A stretch of DNA of 64,000 bases. Source: an uncultured cyanobacterium. GTDB taxonomy: Bacteria > Acidobacteriota > Vicinamibacteria > Vicinamibacterales > UBA2999. The stretch lies in assembly GCA_963833135.1 (NCBI GenBank), contig CAWHWW010000014.1:132620-196619 (forward strand), in the 5' to 3' direction. Below are positions 20,750-32,021 of this stretch, one piece after another. Under the pieces are notes generated by a model. The model searched no databases. It saw nothing but the letters and a program-made list of their open reading frames with translations, and was not told the DNA's origin. Each line of letters begins with the position of its first letter. Positions within the stretch are counted from its first letter, which is position 1. A program made the translations under genes and the position numbers.

Positions 20750-21601
20750 ATGTTGCAACGATTGACGTGTGCAGTAGCGGCGGTGTGGGTCACAATCGGC
20801 GCGACCGGAGCGGCGCAGGAGCGCGCCACCGTCCAGATGCGCGACGGGTCGAAGCTCGAAGGGCGAATCGAGGAGCTCACGGCGAACGGTGAGCTGTTCG
20901 TGCGGGTGTCCCAGCAGGATCAGCGGCGCCTGTCCGTTACGAGCGTGGCGCTGATCGACGCGGTCGGTGGCGCGAGCGGATTGCCAGAAACAGAAATTCG
21001 CGAAGCGACCGGCGCGCAGCACTTGTTGCTGTTGAGAAATGGTTCGAGCGAGAAGGGCCGGCTCGTTGCGATTCGTGGCGGCGAGGGCTCGGCGAATGAC
21101 AGCATGCCGCGCACGTATGTGTTCCGCGCTGCCGACGGCCGCGAACAGAACTACGCGCCCGAGCAAGTGTCGCGCGTCTACCTGGGAGCGTATCCCTTTG
21201 CCGCGAGTGCCGCGAGCAACAACACGAGTGACCTGTCGGCTGGCGTCGATACGCCCGGAGCGCTTCGCATTGGCGCGGCCGGTGGTTGGGTGTCGACGGG
21301 GATGCGCGTGCGCAAGGGCGAGTGGATCTCGTTCAGCACGAGCGGCGAGGTGCAACTGTCAGAAAACCGCAACGATCGCGCTCGCGCGGCCGGAGCGGGA
21401 CGCATGGCGGCCGGTGCGCCGCTGCCGGCCGTGAATGCCGGAGCCCTGATTGGGCGCATCGGTAACGGTCAGCCGTTCGGGATCGGCGATCAGGCCGCGG
21501 TGCCCATGCCGTTTGACGGCGTCCTCTATCTGGCGGTGAATGACGATGAGCGCTCGGACAACGCGGGCGAATTCATCGTTTCGATTCGACGCGGCCGTTA
21601 G
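20750..21601 (+). CDS. Secreted protein with C-terminal LecA/PA-IL-like beta domain
   Basis: Signal peptide; WVSTGMRVRKG, GALIGRIGNGQPF, LYLAVNDDERSDNAGEF. Confidence 0.7.
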   Translation: MLQRLTCAVAAVWVTIGATGAAQERATVQMRDGSKLEGRIEELTANGELFVRVSQQDQRRLSVTSVALIDAVGGASGLPETEIREATGAQHLLLLRNGSSEKGRLVAIRGGEGSANDSMPRTYVFRAADGREQNYAPEQVSRVYLGAYPFAASAASNNTSDLSAGVDTPGALRIGAAGGWVSTGMRVRKGEWISFSTSGEVQLSENRNDRARAAGAGRMAAGAPLPAVNAGALIGRIGNGQPFGIGDQAAVPMPFDGVLYLAVNDDERSDNAGEFIVSIRRGR

Positions 21602-23154
21602 GCGCTCCGCCTTTGAGCGTCGGCCCGAGTTGCAGGCCGATCTTCGGCTGATCCTGGGTGCCGGCTACCGTGATGACCAGACGGGTGCCGGCGCCATTCT
21701 TCCTGAACAGCGGGTCGAATGGCTTGAGCAGCAGGCTCCTGAACCCCGTTTGCGTCTGCGACACGGTCGCGTTCAGCAAGACCACGCCGGACAGATCCAC
21801 CGTTTTTGCGCGAAGCGAGTGCGTGCCGTCGAGCTTTACGGATGCGCCCTGCACGTCGAATGACAGGCCCTGATAGACAAAGACGCCGTCACGAAGCGCA
21901 AACTTCGTCGCCATCCGCGACGCAACGTCGTCGATCGCCTCGTCGGTCGGGCGGCCCTGCGCTTTCCGGCTCAGCTCGTCGATCTTGTCCTGCACCGAGT
22001 CTTTCGCAAACCTGACGAGCTCCGCTCGCACTGAACCTTCGAGTGCGAGACGCTGAAGGACTTTTTCCTTGCCTTGCGGGAGGTCCATTGCTGCATCGAT
22101 GACGAGCGTACCGTCCGCCGCAGGCTGACCCTTGCTGACGAGGCGCAGAAGTTCGCCGAGGTTGGCTGAGCTGCTCTTGACGTTGACGACGACCCGTTTA
22201 CCCTTGACGCCCTTGGTTCCCTCGACAACACCGCGCGCGTCGAACCGTGACTTGCCGAGCGTGACGGCGACGTGCTTGAGCTCAACATCGCCCTTGGTGC
22301 CGTCGACCACGGCGTCGTAGGCCGTCTGCAGGGGCAGACTGGCGCCGTCGAGCTCGGTCAGCCGGAAATCCGGTGTCTTCGTTTGACCCTTCGTGTAGAT
22401 CTGTTCGATGGTCCCACTCATCTCGCCGACCGCCGCGAGGGTTCCGCCCAGGCCATCGATGGTGCCGAGATCTGCGTCGAACGTGTATTCGCCCTTCAAA
22501 GGGGTGGTGCCTGGCTCACTCGGACTGCCATGGCCCGAATTGTCCCGAAGCTTCGATCTGCCCGTAAGGGATCGGATTGATCAGCGACGCGGTGAACGTG
22601 GCCGCCTCCCTCGCCTTGAGGTTGCTGATGTCGAGCTCATAGATATCCCACACCTTGGGATTCTTGTTCGAGTTCCGGGGCACCACCGCAAGACGGGTGT
22701 TGGTCGCGCGCAGATGTCGAACGACAAAGCCCGAGCCCTCGTCACCCTCCTTCTGTTTACCGCCAGACGCCCCGGGTAGAGGCCGCTTGCCCGTCTCGGT
22801 GTCCTTGGGAGGGATGCTGATCTCGAGTCCGTCGACCAACACGCGCTCGACCGTCGAGCTCCACAGCTCAGTTGGCTTAAGGTCAACCGTAAAGGACGAA
22901 ACTACGAGCAACGGGGGGATATCCGTCCGGCCGTGGTGTCGCACCGTCAGGTTTCGGCCATACAATCGCAGCGGCATCCAGCTCAGGTGGACCTCGCCGA
23001 GCTCGACTTCGCTTTGGAGTGACTTGCTGAGGTTCGACGCAACCCACTCGTGGAGCCGCGGTTCGAGCGCCCGGAGGCTGACCACAATGCCGACACCGGA
23101 GAGGGCGATCACCACGACCAGGATGGCGATGATGATTCGCGTGCGCTTTCTCAC
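21573..23154 (-). CDS. AsmA-like envelope protein (frameshift near 22510)
   Basis: N-terminal TM then beta-rich; LINPIPYGQI, C-terminal LLKPFDPLFRKNGAG..ITVAGT; split over two ORFs. Confidence 0.75.
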
Positions 23155-23911
23155 GGTGACAATGCGTCCTCGATGAGAAAGACTTCCACCTTCGCCGGGG
23201 CCGCGGCGTTCCCGACAATCACGAGTGTATAGAAGCGGCCGGCCTCGAGATGGGCATTGGTCGTCGCATCGCCGCTCGTGCCGACGACCTCGAGTTGCCC
23301 GTTCATCGGCACGACGTCCTTGTAGTCGCTGACCGTCTGATAGTCGACGTCGTCGAACAAGGCGATCGGCGAACCTGCGGCGCGCACGTCGATCTGGCCG
23401 GCGTCGTACGCCGGCATGCACGATGCGCAAGCGGGCCTTGCCCGCGGAGGGCGAGTCGAGATGATCGTTGACGATTCGCAGGAGCGGGCCATTGCCGTCT
23501 CCCGGCATCGCGATCGCGGTGTAGAAATTCCCGTCCTTCAGGTTCTCGGTGTTCGACGATAGCGGTTTGGCTTGCGTCATGCCTGCAGGGCGCAACGCAA
23601 ATGCGTAACGCTTGCCGTCGACCGCGCGATAAGGCGTCACGGCCTTGAAGCCGAGCCCGTCGAACAGGACCAGATCACCCGCGAACACATCGAGCCTGGT
23701 GCCGGAAGGCACGGCATGCAGCACACGCACCAGCGCATTGTCGCGTTGCTCCGCGGCGGCCGATGAGGGCACGGTCGACGACCCCGCCGGCGACGAGGTC
23801 GTGACGCTGCGCGTGACGCGTTTCGGTTTGATCACACGCAGCGGCGATGAGTGCCACCGCGAGGAAAGCTGCGGCCTGCGTGGGCTTTGCCATGGTCGTG
23901 GTCTCGCTCAC
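23151..23911 (-). CDS. DUF4397 domain lipoprotein (frameshifts near 23825 and 23410)
   Basis: Lipobox IAAAC; ALVRVLHAVP, ARLRIVHAG, LEAGRFYTLVIVG. Confidence 0.75.
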
Positions 23912-24186
23912 GCCCGGGGGCGTGGTGGTTCGGTGATGCCGGGCTTCTCCGACGGAGCCTCTACCGGCGGTTCGACCGGCGGGGGATCGATACTTGGTTC
24001 GCGGTCGACATCCTTGCGGTGCGGATCATCGGGCGGCACGATGGGCTGCTCAGGAGCCTTCGGCAGCCCGGGAATCGGGTGAGGTGTCTCCGGCTGTTGG
24101 GCCTGCACCTCACCCTCCTCGGTCGCTTTCTGCACTGCGTTCTCGTCCACAGGTTGCGTGGCGATCATCGTCAGTTCAGCAAGCAT
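23908..24186 (-). CDS. Small proline/glutamate-rich hypothetical protein
   Basis: 92-aa ORF tightly packed between OmpA and DUF4397 genes. Confidence 0.55.
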   Translation of the reverse strand: MLAELTMIATQPVDENAVQKATEEGEVQAQQPETPHPIPGLPKAPEQPIVPPDDPHRKDVDREPSIDPPPVEPPVEAPSEKPGITEPPRPRA

Positions 24187-24194
24187 CGCGATCC

Positions 24195-25865
24195 CTACTT
24201 ATCAAGGCGAACGACGAGCGCGGCGCGACGGTTCAACCTTCGCGTCTCTTCGCGCATGTTGTCGTGCTTCGGCTTCTCTTCACCGTAGCTGACCGTCTGC
24301 AGTCGAGTGGCAGCGACGCCGTTCGACGTCAGGTAGTCGCGGACGGCGTTGGCTCGGCGCTCACCGAGCGCGAGGTTGTATTCCGCCGTGCCGATGCTGC
24401 AGGTGTTGCCCTCGACCGTCAGGCGCAGCGTCGCGTCTTCCTTCATCGCGGCGACCGCCTGTTCGAGCACGCGCAGCGCTTCCGGCCGCAGCGTGTATCG
24501 ATCGAAGTCGAAGTGGACGTCTTCAAACGTGTAGACCTTGGTGGCGCGCGCGATCACTTGCAGCGTCACCGTGTCGGAAGCCGTGCCGCCCTTGCCGTCG
24601 GAGACGGTCACGGTGGCGGGCACCGAGCCTACCGTCATCGGCGCGGTCCAGACCGGCTTGGCGATGGTCGCGTTGTCGAGCGTGCCGGCTGGTGTCGTCC
24701 ACTTATAGGCGAGCTGGTCGCCATCCGGGTCGTTGGCGTCCGCGCTGAGCTGCGACTTTTCGCCAACGAAGACGGTGCAAGGGTTACATGCTGCCTTGAC
24801 CGTTGGCGGACGATTCGCCGGCGGCACTGCTGCCACTGGTGCGGGAGTCACCGGTGGCGGTGGCGGCGGCAAACGGCGCGGCGCCCAGCCGATGCGGACG
24901 TGATAATCGAGATAATCGGAGCGCGATTCCTCCGAAGCGTTGAGGCGTTCGGGCATCGGCGTATCGAGACGAATTTCGGCGCCGATGAAGAAACCATTGT
25001 CGGCAAACCAGGTGACGCCGCCAGTGAACGACGTCTGGCGATCGACGAAGCTGACGGCCGGGCTGGTGCTGCCGTCTTCCGCGACCAGTTGCTGATCGAT
25101 CGCCGCGTTGTCACGGACCGGTTGATCGCCAAGGATCTCGCCGTGAATCAACCACGAAGGCGACGGGTTGAAGCCGATGCCCGCGCCCCAGTGGAAGTTG
25201 TTGGGCACGTGCACGACAACCGGGTCGGTCGGGTTCTTGCGAAGGTTGTAGCCGGCCGTGCCGCTCAGCACGACCTTGGGCGAGACCCAGCGGCTGATCA
25301 CTGCGGACAGATCCGCCGCGATGGAGCCCTGGCCGGCGCCGGCGTCAGCGTCGCCTGTCGGCAGGTTGAAGGTGCCGCGGCCGGCGAGGCTGAAGGGGTT
25401 GCCCTGGCCTTCGCTCAAGAACGCGTACTTCACGCCGACGCGCAAGTCGCCGATCTTGTTGCCGGTCCAGCGTTCGCGCGCGTAGGGATTTTGGGTGTCG
25501 ATGCCGCCGCGTTCCGGATCGGATGGCACATACAGGACCTGGTTGTCGCGATCGACGCGCGTGATGAAATCCCACCCCGCATAGAGATCGAGTCGCTCGG
25601 TGAAGCCGTACGAAACGTTCGCCGTGAAAGTGGCGACGTTCATCTGGCCCTGTGGCGTGTTGCGTGAGTTCCGTTCGACGGACCCTCGCGTCATCTTCTT
25701 GCCGTTGGTGTCGGCAACGGGAAGCCACCACAAACCGGCGTCGCCGTCGATGGTGGTTGCTACGCGTCCACGAGCATCGTCCTGTGTGTTCGATTGTTGA
25801 GCTGCCGCAGGTATCGCAACCGAAACTGCGAGCAAACTCGCGACCAACCAGTTTCTGGCACTCAT
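24195..25865 (-). CDS. OmpA family protein (N-terminal beta-barrel-like, Pro linker, Ig/PKD-like domain, OmpA_C)
   Basis: DVHFDFDRYTL, YNLALGERRANAV, VSYGEEKP, NRRA; DANDPDGDQL Ig-like segment. Confidence 0.88.
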   Translation of the reverse strand: MSARNWLVASLLAVSVAIPAAAQQSNTQDDARGRVATTIDGDAGLWWLPVADTNGKKMTRGSVERNSRNTPQGQMNVATFTANVSYGFTERLDLYAGWDFITRVDRDNQVLYVPSDPERGGIDTQNPYARERWTGNKIGDLRVGVKYAFLSEGQGNPFSLAGRGTFNLPTGDADAGAGQGSIAADLSAVISRWVSPKVVLSGTAGYNLRKNPTDPVVVHVPNNFHWGAGIGFNPSPSWLIHGEILGDQPVRDNAAIDQQLVAEDGSTSPAVSFVDRQTSFTGGVTWFADNGFFIGAEIRLDTPMPERLNASEESRSDYLDYHVRIGWAPRRLPPPPPPVTPAPVAAVPPANRPPTVKAACNPCTVFVGEKSQLSADANDPDGDQLAYKWTTPAGTLDNATIAKPVWTAPMTVGSVPATVTVSDGKGGTASDTVTLQVIARATKVYTFEDVHFDFDRYTLRPEALRVLEQAVAAMKEDATLRLTVEGNTCSIGTAEYNLALGERRANAVRDYLTSNGVAATRLQTVSYGEEKPKHDNMREETRRLNRRAALVVRLDK

Positions 25866-25913
25866 CGCTAGTCCGTTCCTCCCGTGCGCCATGGCGCGCA
25901 TCGCCGCTAACTC

Positions 25914-27999
25914 CTACAAACGACGTGCCACTGACGGGTTTGAGCGGCACGCGCCTAGCTGATCGGTTGCCCTTTGCCCGAAATGGGTGAAGGAGCTGCC
26001 ACACTGCAGAACGTTCTCCAGAAGCTCCAGCTCAACCGGTTTGACGAGATGATCGTCGAAGCCGACCTCGATCGACCGCCGGCGGTGCTCGGCCTGGCCC
26101 CAGCCCGTCAATGCGATGAGCCGCATCGGCCGGCCCCAGGCCTCGCGGCGGATGGCGCGGGCGACGTCGTAGCCGGACATCTCAGGCATGCCGATATCGA
26201 GCAGAACCGCATCCGGACGATGCTGTTCGGCGAGTTGGACGGCAGTGCGGCCCTCATAGGCGGTGATGACCTCGTGGCCGGCGGCCTTCAGGAGGAACGC
26301 GAGACTATCGGCGCCGTCCTGGCTGTCGTCGGCGACGAGGATCTTGAGCGTGGCGCGAGCGGCGGGTTCGACGCCCTCTCGGTCACCGGGCGTGTCGACC
26401 GTCTCCGCCAGGGGGAGGGTGATCGTGAATTCGCTGCCGTGGCCGGCTCCGGCGCTCCAGACCGCGACCATGCCGCCGTGCATTTCGGTCATCTGCTTCA
26501 CGAGCGTCAGCCCGATACCGAGGCCCGTCTGCGATCGCCTCATGTCGCGATTCAGCTGGACGAACATCCCGAACACTTTTTCCTGGTCCTCGGGGTTGAT
26601 CCCGACGCCGGTGTCCTTCACTTTCACCGACACCCGACCCATGTGAGGCTGGACGATCACCGATACCTGGCCGCCCGACGGCGTGAACTTCGCGGCGTTG
26701 GTCAGCAGATTGAGGACGATTTGCGAAATGCGTGTCGAATCCGCATCGAGCATCAACGGCGCTGCCGGGATGTCGAGCGTCAGCGTGACGCCCGCGGCCG
26801 TGAGCTGCGGCTGCGCGGTTTCGACGGCGCTCTCGATGATCGATCGCAGGTCGACGCGCTCCTTGCGGAGCGTCAACTGGCCGCGGGTGATGCGGCTCAC
26901 GTCCATCAAGTCGTCGATCAGCCGCACGAGCTGCGAGATCTGGCGCTCCATCACCCCGGTGGCATGGCGGGCCGTTCCGGACAGAGTGCTCCATGCGGAG
27001 GATGGCCGCCACGTTGCGCAGGGGAGCCAGCGGATTGCGAAGCTCGTGAGCGAGCGTGGCGAGGAATTCATCCTTCAATTGCGCTTCGTAATGCAGCCGA
27101 TGTTCGCGATCCTTGACCGCGGCACGCGCCTCTTCCGCTTCGTCGGCGCGGCGCTCGGCCTCTTCCTTCGCCTGCCGCAGCTGCGCTTCGATTTCCTGGC
27201 GCTTGGCAATGTCGACGAGCAACCGCTGGCGCTCGTTGGTGAGCGCCGCTTCCTGTTGCTTCTGGAACGTGATGTCTCGAAACGCGCCGAGTACGCCGGC
27301 GATGGTGCCGTCAGGATTTCTCTCCGAGTGCGCGCGGTAGGCCACGTGGACCAGGCGGCCGTCCTTGGCAATGACACGAGCCTCGCCCTTGACCTCTGCG
27401 CCGGCGCTCGCGCGGCTGAGGGCATCCTGGATATCGGCGCGATCATCGGGGTGGATCAATGCGAGGCCGGGACGGGCCTGCAGATCCTCGAGCGTGTAGC
27501 CGAGCAGGACTTGGAGGCCGCTCGTCGCCGAATCGATCACGATTCTTGCGTCGGGCTCGACCCGCGCATGAAACGCGAAGTCCGAGGCCAGTTCGCCGAT
27601 CAGCCGGTGGAAATTCTCGCTCTCGCGCAGCCGTGACTGCTCGATCAGCAACCGCTCCCGCGATCGGTAGAGATTGCCGCAGAGCCACGACACGACCAGC
27701 GATATGACGGCGATCGACGCGAGCCGCACCGGCATGTTGATGAGCGTCGCGTTGGCGTCGAGCAGCTTGACGAGCGGGCCGAGGGCCGCAGTGCTGGCGA
27801 TCGTGCTGACCAGCGCCGGCCGAAAACCGCTGTGCCACGCGAGGATGGCGGTGGCCAGGATGAAGATCGCTCCGGTGACATAGTGATACCAGAGCCCGAC
27901 TCCCACCACGACCGCAGCCGCTATGGCGGCGACTGCGACCCCGACCCCGACGTCTTCCAACAGGCTGGCTCTACGTTCGTACGCGGCTTCGTGTCGCAT
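25914..27999 (-). CDS. Membrane hybrid histidine kinase (DUF4118-like TMs-PAS-HisKA-HATPase-REC); frameshift near 26990
   Basis: TM bundle; IHPDDR PAS; LAHELRNPLAP; NLLTNAAKFT; LLDIGMP. Confidence 0.85.
25915..25930 (-). promoter_or_regulatory. Probable sigma-54 promoter of the OmpA-DUF4397-AsmA operon
   Basis: Minus strand TGGCACGTCGTTTGTA (perfect -24, TTGT variant -12). Confidence 0.6.
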
Positions 28000-28329
28000 G
28001 ACGTTTGGGCCTGAATGGATAGACCGATACCTATCTTGGGCAACCGGCTTCGGTGAAACTACTCGGTCGGAATCGTCAAAGCAAGCAAGATGCCGAAGCT
28101 GGACCGTTAAGCGAGCGGTCATTTCCCGCCTAAAAGCAGCTCGTAGCGGCTCGGTGAGCAAAAAAGGACGATCGATGGTGCAATTTCTTCAGGCTTGCGC
28201 GTGTTCTTCATCGGCCCCAGCACGACACAGGGTGGGTGAGGCGCTTCCCTGGTTATGGTCGGTCTCTGCACTAGCGGATTTCTGCGCGCGAAACCGGGCG
28301 AGTTTCAGCAGCCCACAGGTATGAACGCG

Positions 28330-28345
28330 TGGCAGGAAGCTTGCT
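28330..28345 (+). promoter_or_regulatory. Sigma-54 promoter of the second BON gene
   Basis: TGGCAGGAAGCTTGCT (GG-N10-GC, TTGCT). Confidence 0.7.
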
Positions 28346-28413
28346 TTCGTTCCGATCGAATCACACATTCCAACTGACGCGCCTGTTCGAGTGCGCGCGG
28401 TGGAGGTGGGTCG

Positions 28414-29039
28414 ATGGCGGACTACAGACGACAGCACGACGAGAACGGACGTCACGATCGCGACTGGCCGGATAGGGCAGGCGACGAAGTTCGCTCGTGG
28501 TCTCGGACCGCGATGCGCGGAAGGCGCACCGGACGATCGCGCATTCGGCATGTATCGCACTGACGATCGCGATTCCGATCGATCGCGCACGATCGCGCCT
28601 AGCACCGCCGACGAGTGATTTCCGCGATCGACATCAGCAGCACCTCCCGAGGGACGACCATGCGCCGGTGTGGGGCCCGCGCGAGCGTGGCGGCTACTGG
28701 CGGCAGTACGAGGCCGCGCGCCCGGATTACGCGGGCCGGGGACCGAAGTTCTACAAACGATCCGACGATCGCATTCGCGATGAGATTTGCGACTGCATGA
28801 CCGACGATCCGCGCTCGACGCGTCGGAGATCGTGGTTGAGGTGATTAACGGCGAAGTGACGCTCTCGGGCTCCGTGATGAGCCGCGATCAGAAGCGCCGC
28901 GCCGAAGACGTCGCTGATCGGTTAGCGGCGTAAGGATGTGACCAACCAGCTGCGCGTCACGCGCAGCGGGGATGGTCACGACTGGGCCGCCGACTCGTCA
29001 GGAGCCGCCGGCACTGGCAATACCTCGTCACGACCGTGA
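28414..29039 (+). CDS. BON-domain protein with SWFGD-like N-terminus (several frameshifts)
   Basis: GGAGG then MADYRRQ..DRAGDEVRSW; GRGPKFYKRSDDRIRDEICD; GEVTLSGSV..KRRAED; VTNQLRV. Confidence 0.75.
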
Positions 29040-29117
29040 ACGAGGCCGTAGGCAAGGGAACTTCAAGCAAGACAACCTCTGGAACTTCCGCGTAAGACCA
29101 AACCCACCTTGAAGCCT

Positions 29118-29156
29118 TCGGGCGAGGAGTCGGCACCGGCCGAGTCCTCGCCCGGA
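29118..29156. terminator. Long GC-rich hairpin between convergent genes
   Basis: cgggcgaggagtcggc-accg-gccgagtcctcgcccg. Confidence 0.55.
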
Positions 29157-29162
29157 CGGATC

Positions 29163-29242
29163 TGACAGAGACAGTCAGCAGTCAACAGTCGACAGTTAAG
29201 AGTTCAGTCGGCAGTTAAGAGTTCAGTCGGCAAGCTTCAGTC
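29163..29242. repeat. 7-bp-period repeat containing a ~20-bp direct duplication
   Basis: acagtca/gcagtca/acagtcg/acagtta; cagttaagagttcagtcggca twice. Confidence 0.65.
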
Positions 29243-30142
29243 TTGGCGCTTGGAGATAGCGTGACGGAAGTCTGTGATCCAGCTTTGCCTCGATGAAGCG
29301 CGAGGCGGCGGCGACTACGATCGATCGACACGCCGGTCTCGATGCCGAGACCGTTCAGCATGAACAGCAAGTCCTCGGTGGCCAGATTTCCGGCCGCGCC
29401 GGGTGCGAAGGGACAGCCGCCGAGGCCGCCGGCGGAACTGTCGAAGGTCGTGACGCCGTAGTCGAGACCCGCGAGGACGTTGGCGAGGGCGGTGCCGCGG
29501 GTGTCGTGGAAGTGCAGAGCCGACTTGATGCAGAGCGGCAGCCTGGCGCTGACGGTGTCCGAGAACACGGAGCAACGTCGCCCGGAGTGTGCCGCGCCAA
29601 TCGTGTCGCTGATCGCCACTTCGTACACACCGATGTCGAGCAGGCGGCCGCGATGTCGGCGACCCGCGCGGGATCGACCGGGCCCTTCGAACGGACAGAC
29701 GAAGCACGTCGACAGGTATCCGCGGACGCGCAGTCCGGCCGCGCGCGCGTCGGCGCAGACCGTCGCATAGTTCGCCAGCGACTCGTCGATCGACTGGTTG
29801 ATGTTGCGGCGGCTGAAGGTCTCTGACGCGGCGGCAAAGACGGCCACTTCGGAGACGGCCGCGGCGATCGCCCGCTCGAGCCCCTGCCGGTTAGGCACGA
29901 GCGCCGTGTAGCGGGTGCCGGGACGCCGCGTGATGCCGGCAAACACCTGCGTCGGCGTCGGCCATCTGCGGCACCCATTTCGGCGACACGAACGCCGAGA
30001 CCTCGATCACGCTGGTGGCCGGCGTCCGAGAGCCGATCGACGAACGCGATCTTGTCCGTCGGTCGCCACCGTGGCGCGCTCGTTCTGCAGGCCGTCGCGC
30101 GGGCCGACCTCGACGATCGTGACTGCCGGCTGGCACGCGCAT
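29223..30142 (-). CDS. liuE: Hydroxymethylglutaryl-CoA lyase (multiple frameshifts)
   Basis: TIVEVGPRDGLQNE, FVSPKWVPQMAD, LHFHDTRG, GLGGCPFAPGAAGNLATED. Confidence 0.88.
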
Positions 30143-30530
30143 CACTCGATCTCGAGCAGGTTGACGCCGGGCTGGACCAGTTCGCCCTTGGCGCAGTGCA
30201 CCGCCTTCACGATGCCGCTGCGCGGCGACCTGATCGGCAGCTCCATCTTCATCGCTTCGAGCACGATCAGCGTGTCGCCTTCGTTCACGGCCTGGCCGGC
30301 GGCTGTGTTGATCGCGACGACCGTTGCCGGCATCGGCGCCATGACGCCCGCGTCGCCACGCGCCCTTGACGCGTCCGCGTCCGTGACGCGGCACCGGCTT
30401 CGATGCGCGCCACTTGTCCGTCAACAAATACCCATGTCGCGTCGCGACCGCCGGCGACCGCGACGCGCCATCGCGTGTCGCCATCCGTGACGAGGTACCA
30501 GCCATCGCCAAGCGGTTGAACGTCAGCCAC
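30142..30530 (-). CDS. Biotin carboxyl carrier protein of methylcrotonyl-CoA carboxylase (frameshift near 30350)
   Basis: APMPA..LEAMKMELPI biotinylation motif. Confidence 0.85.
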
Positions 30531-32021
30531 GCCAGCCTCGGAGGGTGTCAAAAGGATCGGTGCCTAGGGTGCCTAGGGTGCCTAGCAGTGCCTGAGGTGC
30601 CGAGGTGCCAGGTTGTTCGATGGCCGCGAGGACCGCCGGCGGCAGTGCAGCCGGAATCGCGGCCGCAAGCGACGCACTCTCTCGATCGAGAAAGCCCGTG
30701 TCGATCGACGCACTCACGAACTGCGGATGCTCGAGTATCTGCAGCAGGAACGGGATGTTGGTGCGGATGCCGAGGATGGCATATTCGCGAAGCGCGTCGA
30801 TCGCCCGCCGCCGCGCTTCTTCGCGATTCGAGGCGTGCACGATCAGTTTTGCCAGCATCGGATCGTAATGGACCGAGACCTCCGAGCCGGCCCTCACGCC
30901 GCTGTCGACGCGAATGCCCGGTCCCTGCGGCTCGCGGTAGAGCAGGATCGGTCCCGCCTGCGGAATGAAACCCTGCGCCGGATCCTCCGCGTAGATGCGG
31001 CACTCAATGGCGTGCCCGCGTTGTGAGAGGCTCGTCCTGCGTGAAGGGCAGCGGCTCACCCGACGCCACGCGCAGTTGCGCATGAACCAGATCGACACCC
31101 GTCGACGCATTCGGTCACGGGATGCTCGACCTGCAGGCGCGTGTTCATTTCGAGAAAATAGAAGTTGGCGGCGTCACCACTGCCTTCGAGCAGGAATTCG
31201 CACGTGCCGGCGTTGCGGTAACCGACCGCCCTGGCGGCGGCAATCGCCGCCGCGCCCATCCGCTCGCGAACTGCCGCACTGAGCGCGGGACACGGACTCT
31301 CTTCGATCACTTTCTGGTGCCGCCGCTGCGCTGAACACTCGCGCTCGAAGATGTGCACGGTATTCCCGTGCGCGTCGGCGAAGACCTGGATTTCGACGTG
31401 GCGGGGCTTGTCGATCAGTCGCTCCACGTAAAGCGAGTCGTTGCCGAAGGACGCCGGGCTTCCCGACGCGCCGCCGCGAGCGCCTCTCCGAGCGCGGCGG
31501 CGTCACGGACGGCCTTCATCCCGATGCCGCCGCCACCCGCGGCCGGCTTGATCAGCACCGGGAAGCCGACGCGCCCCGCCGCCGCCCTCAGTGCATCGTC
31601 TGACTGATCGGCCGGAGTCTCGCCTGGCACCACTGGCACCCCGGCACTGGTCATGAGCGCCCTGGCACCAATCTTCGACCCCATCTTCTCGAGCGCCGAT
31701 GCCGGCGGACCCACGAAGATCAGCCCCGCGCTCTTCACATGCGCGCGCGAACGGTGCACGTTCGGAGAGGAAGCCGTAACCGGGATGCACCGCGTCGGCC
31801 CTGGACGATTGCGCGGCGCCGATGATCGCGTCGATGTTCAGGTAGCTGTCACGCGCCGGCGCCGCGCCGATGCGAACCGACCGATCGGCTTCCGACACAT
31901 GCGGGGCGTCGGCATCGGCGTCGGAATAAACCGCCACCGTTTCGATGTCGAGCTCCCGGCATGCCCGGATGATGCGGCGCGCAATCTCGCCGCGATTGGC
32001 GATCAGCAGCCGGCGCATCAT
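30523..32021 (-). CDS. liuD: Biotin carboxylase subunit of acyl-CoA (methylcrotonyl-CoA) carboxylase (multiple frameshifts)
   Basis: [61 protein letters not shown]. Confidence 0.88.
30560..30612. repeat. 8/9-bp-period repeat inside the biotin carboxylase 3' end
   Basis: gtgcctagg x2, gtgcctagca, gtgcctgag, gtgccgag, gtgccagg; encodes [17 protein letters not shown]. Confidence 0.7.
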
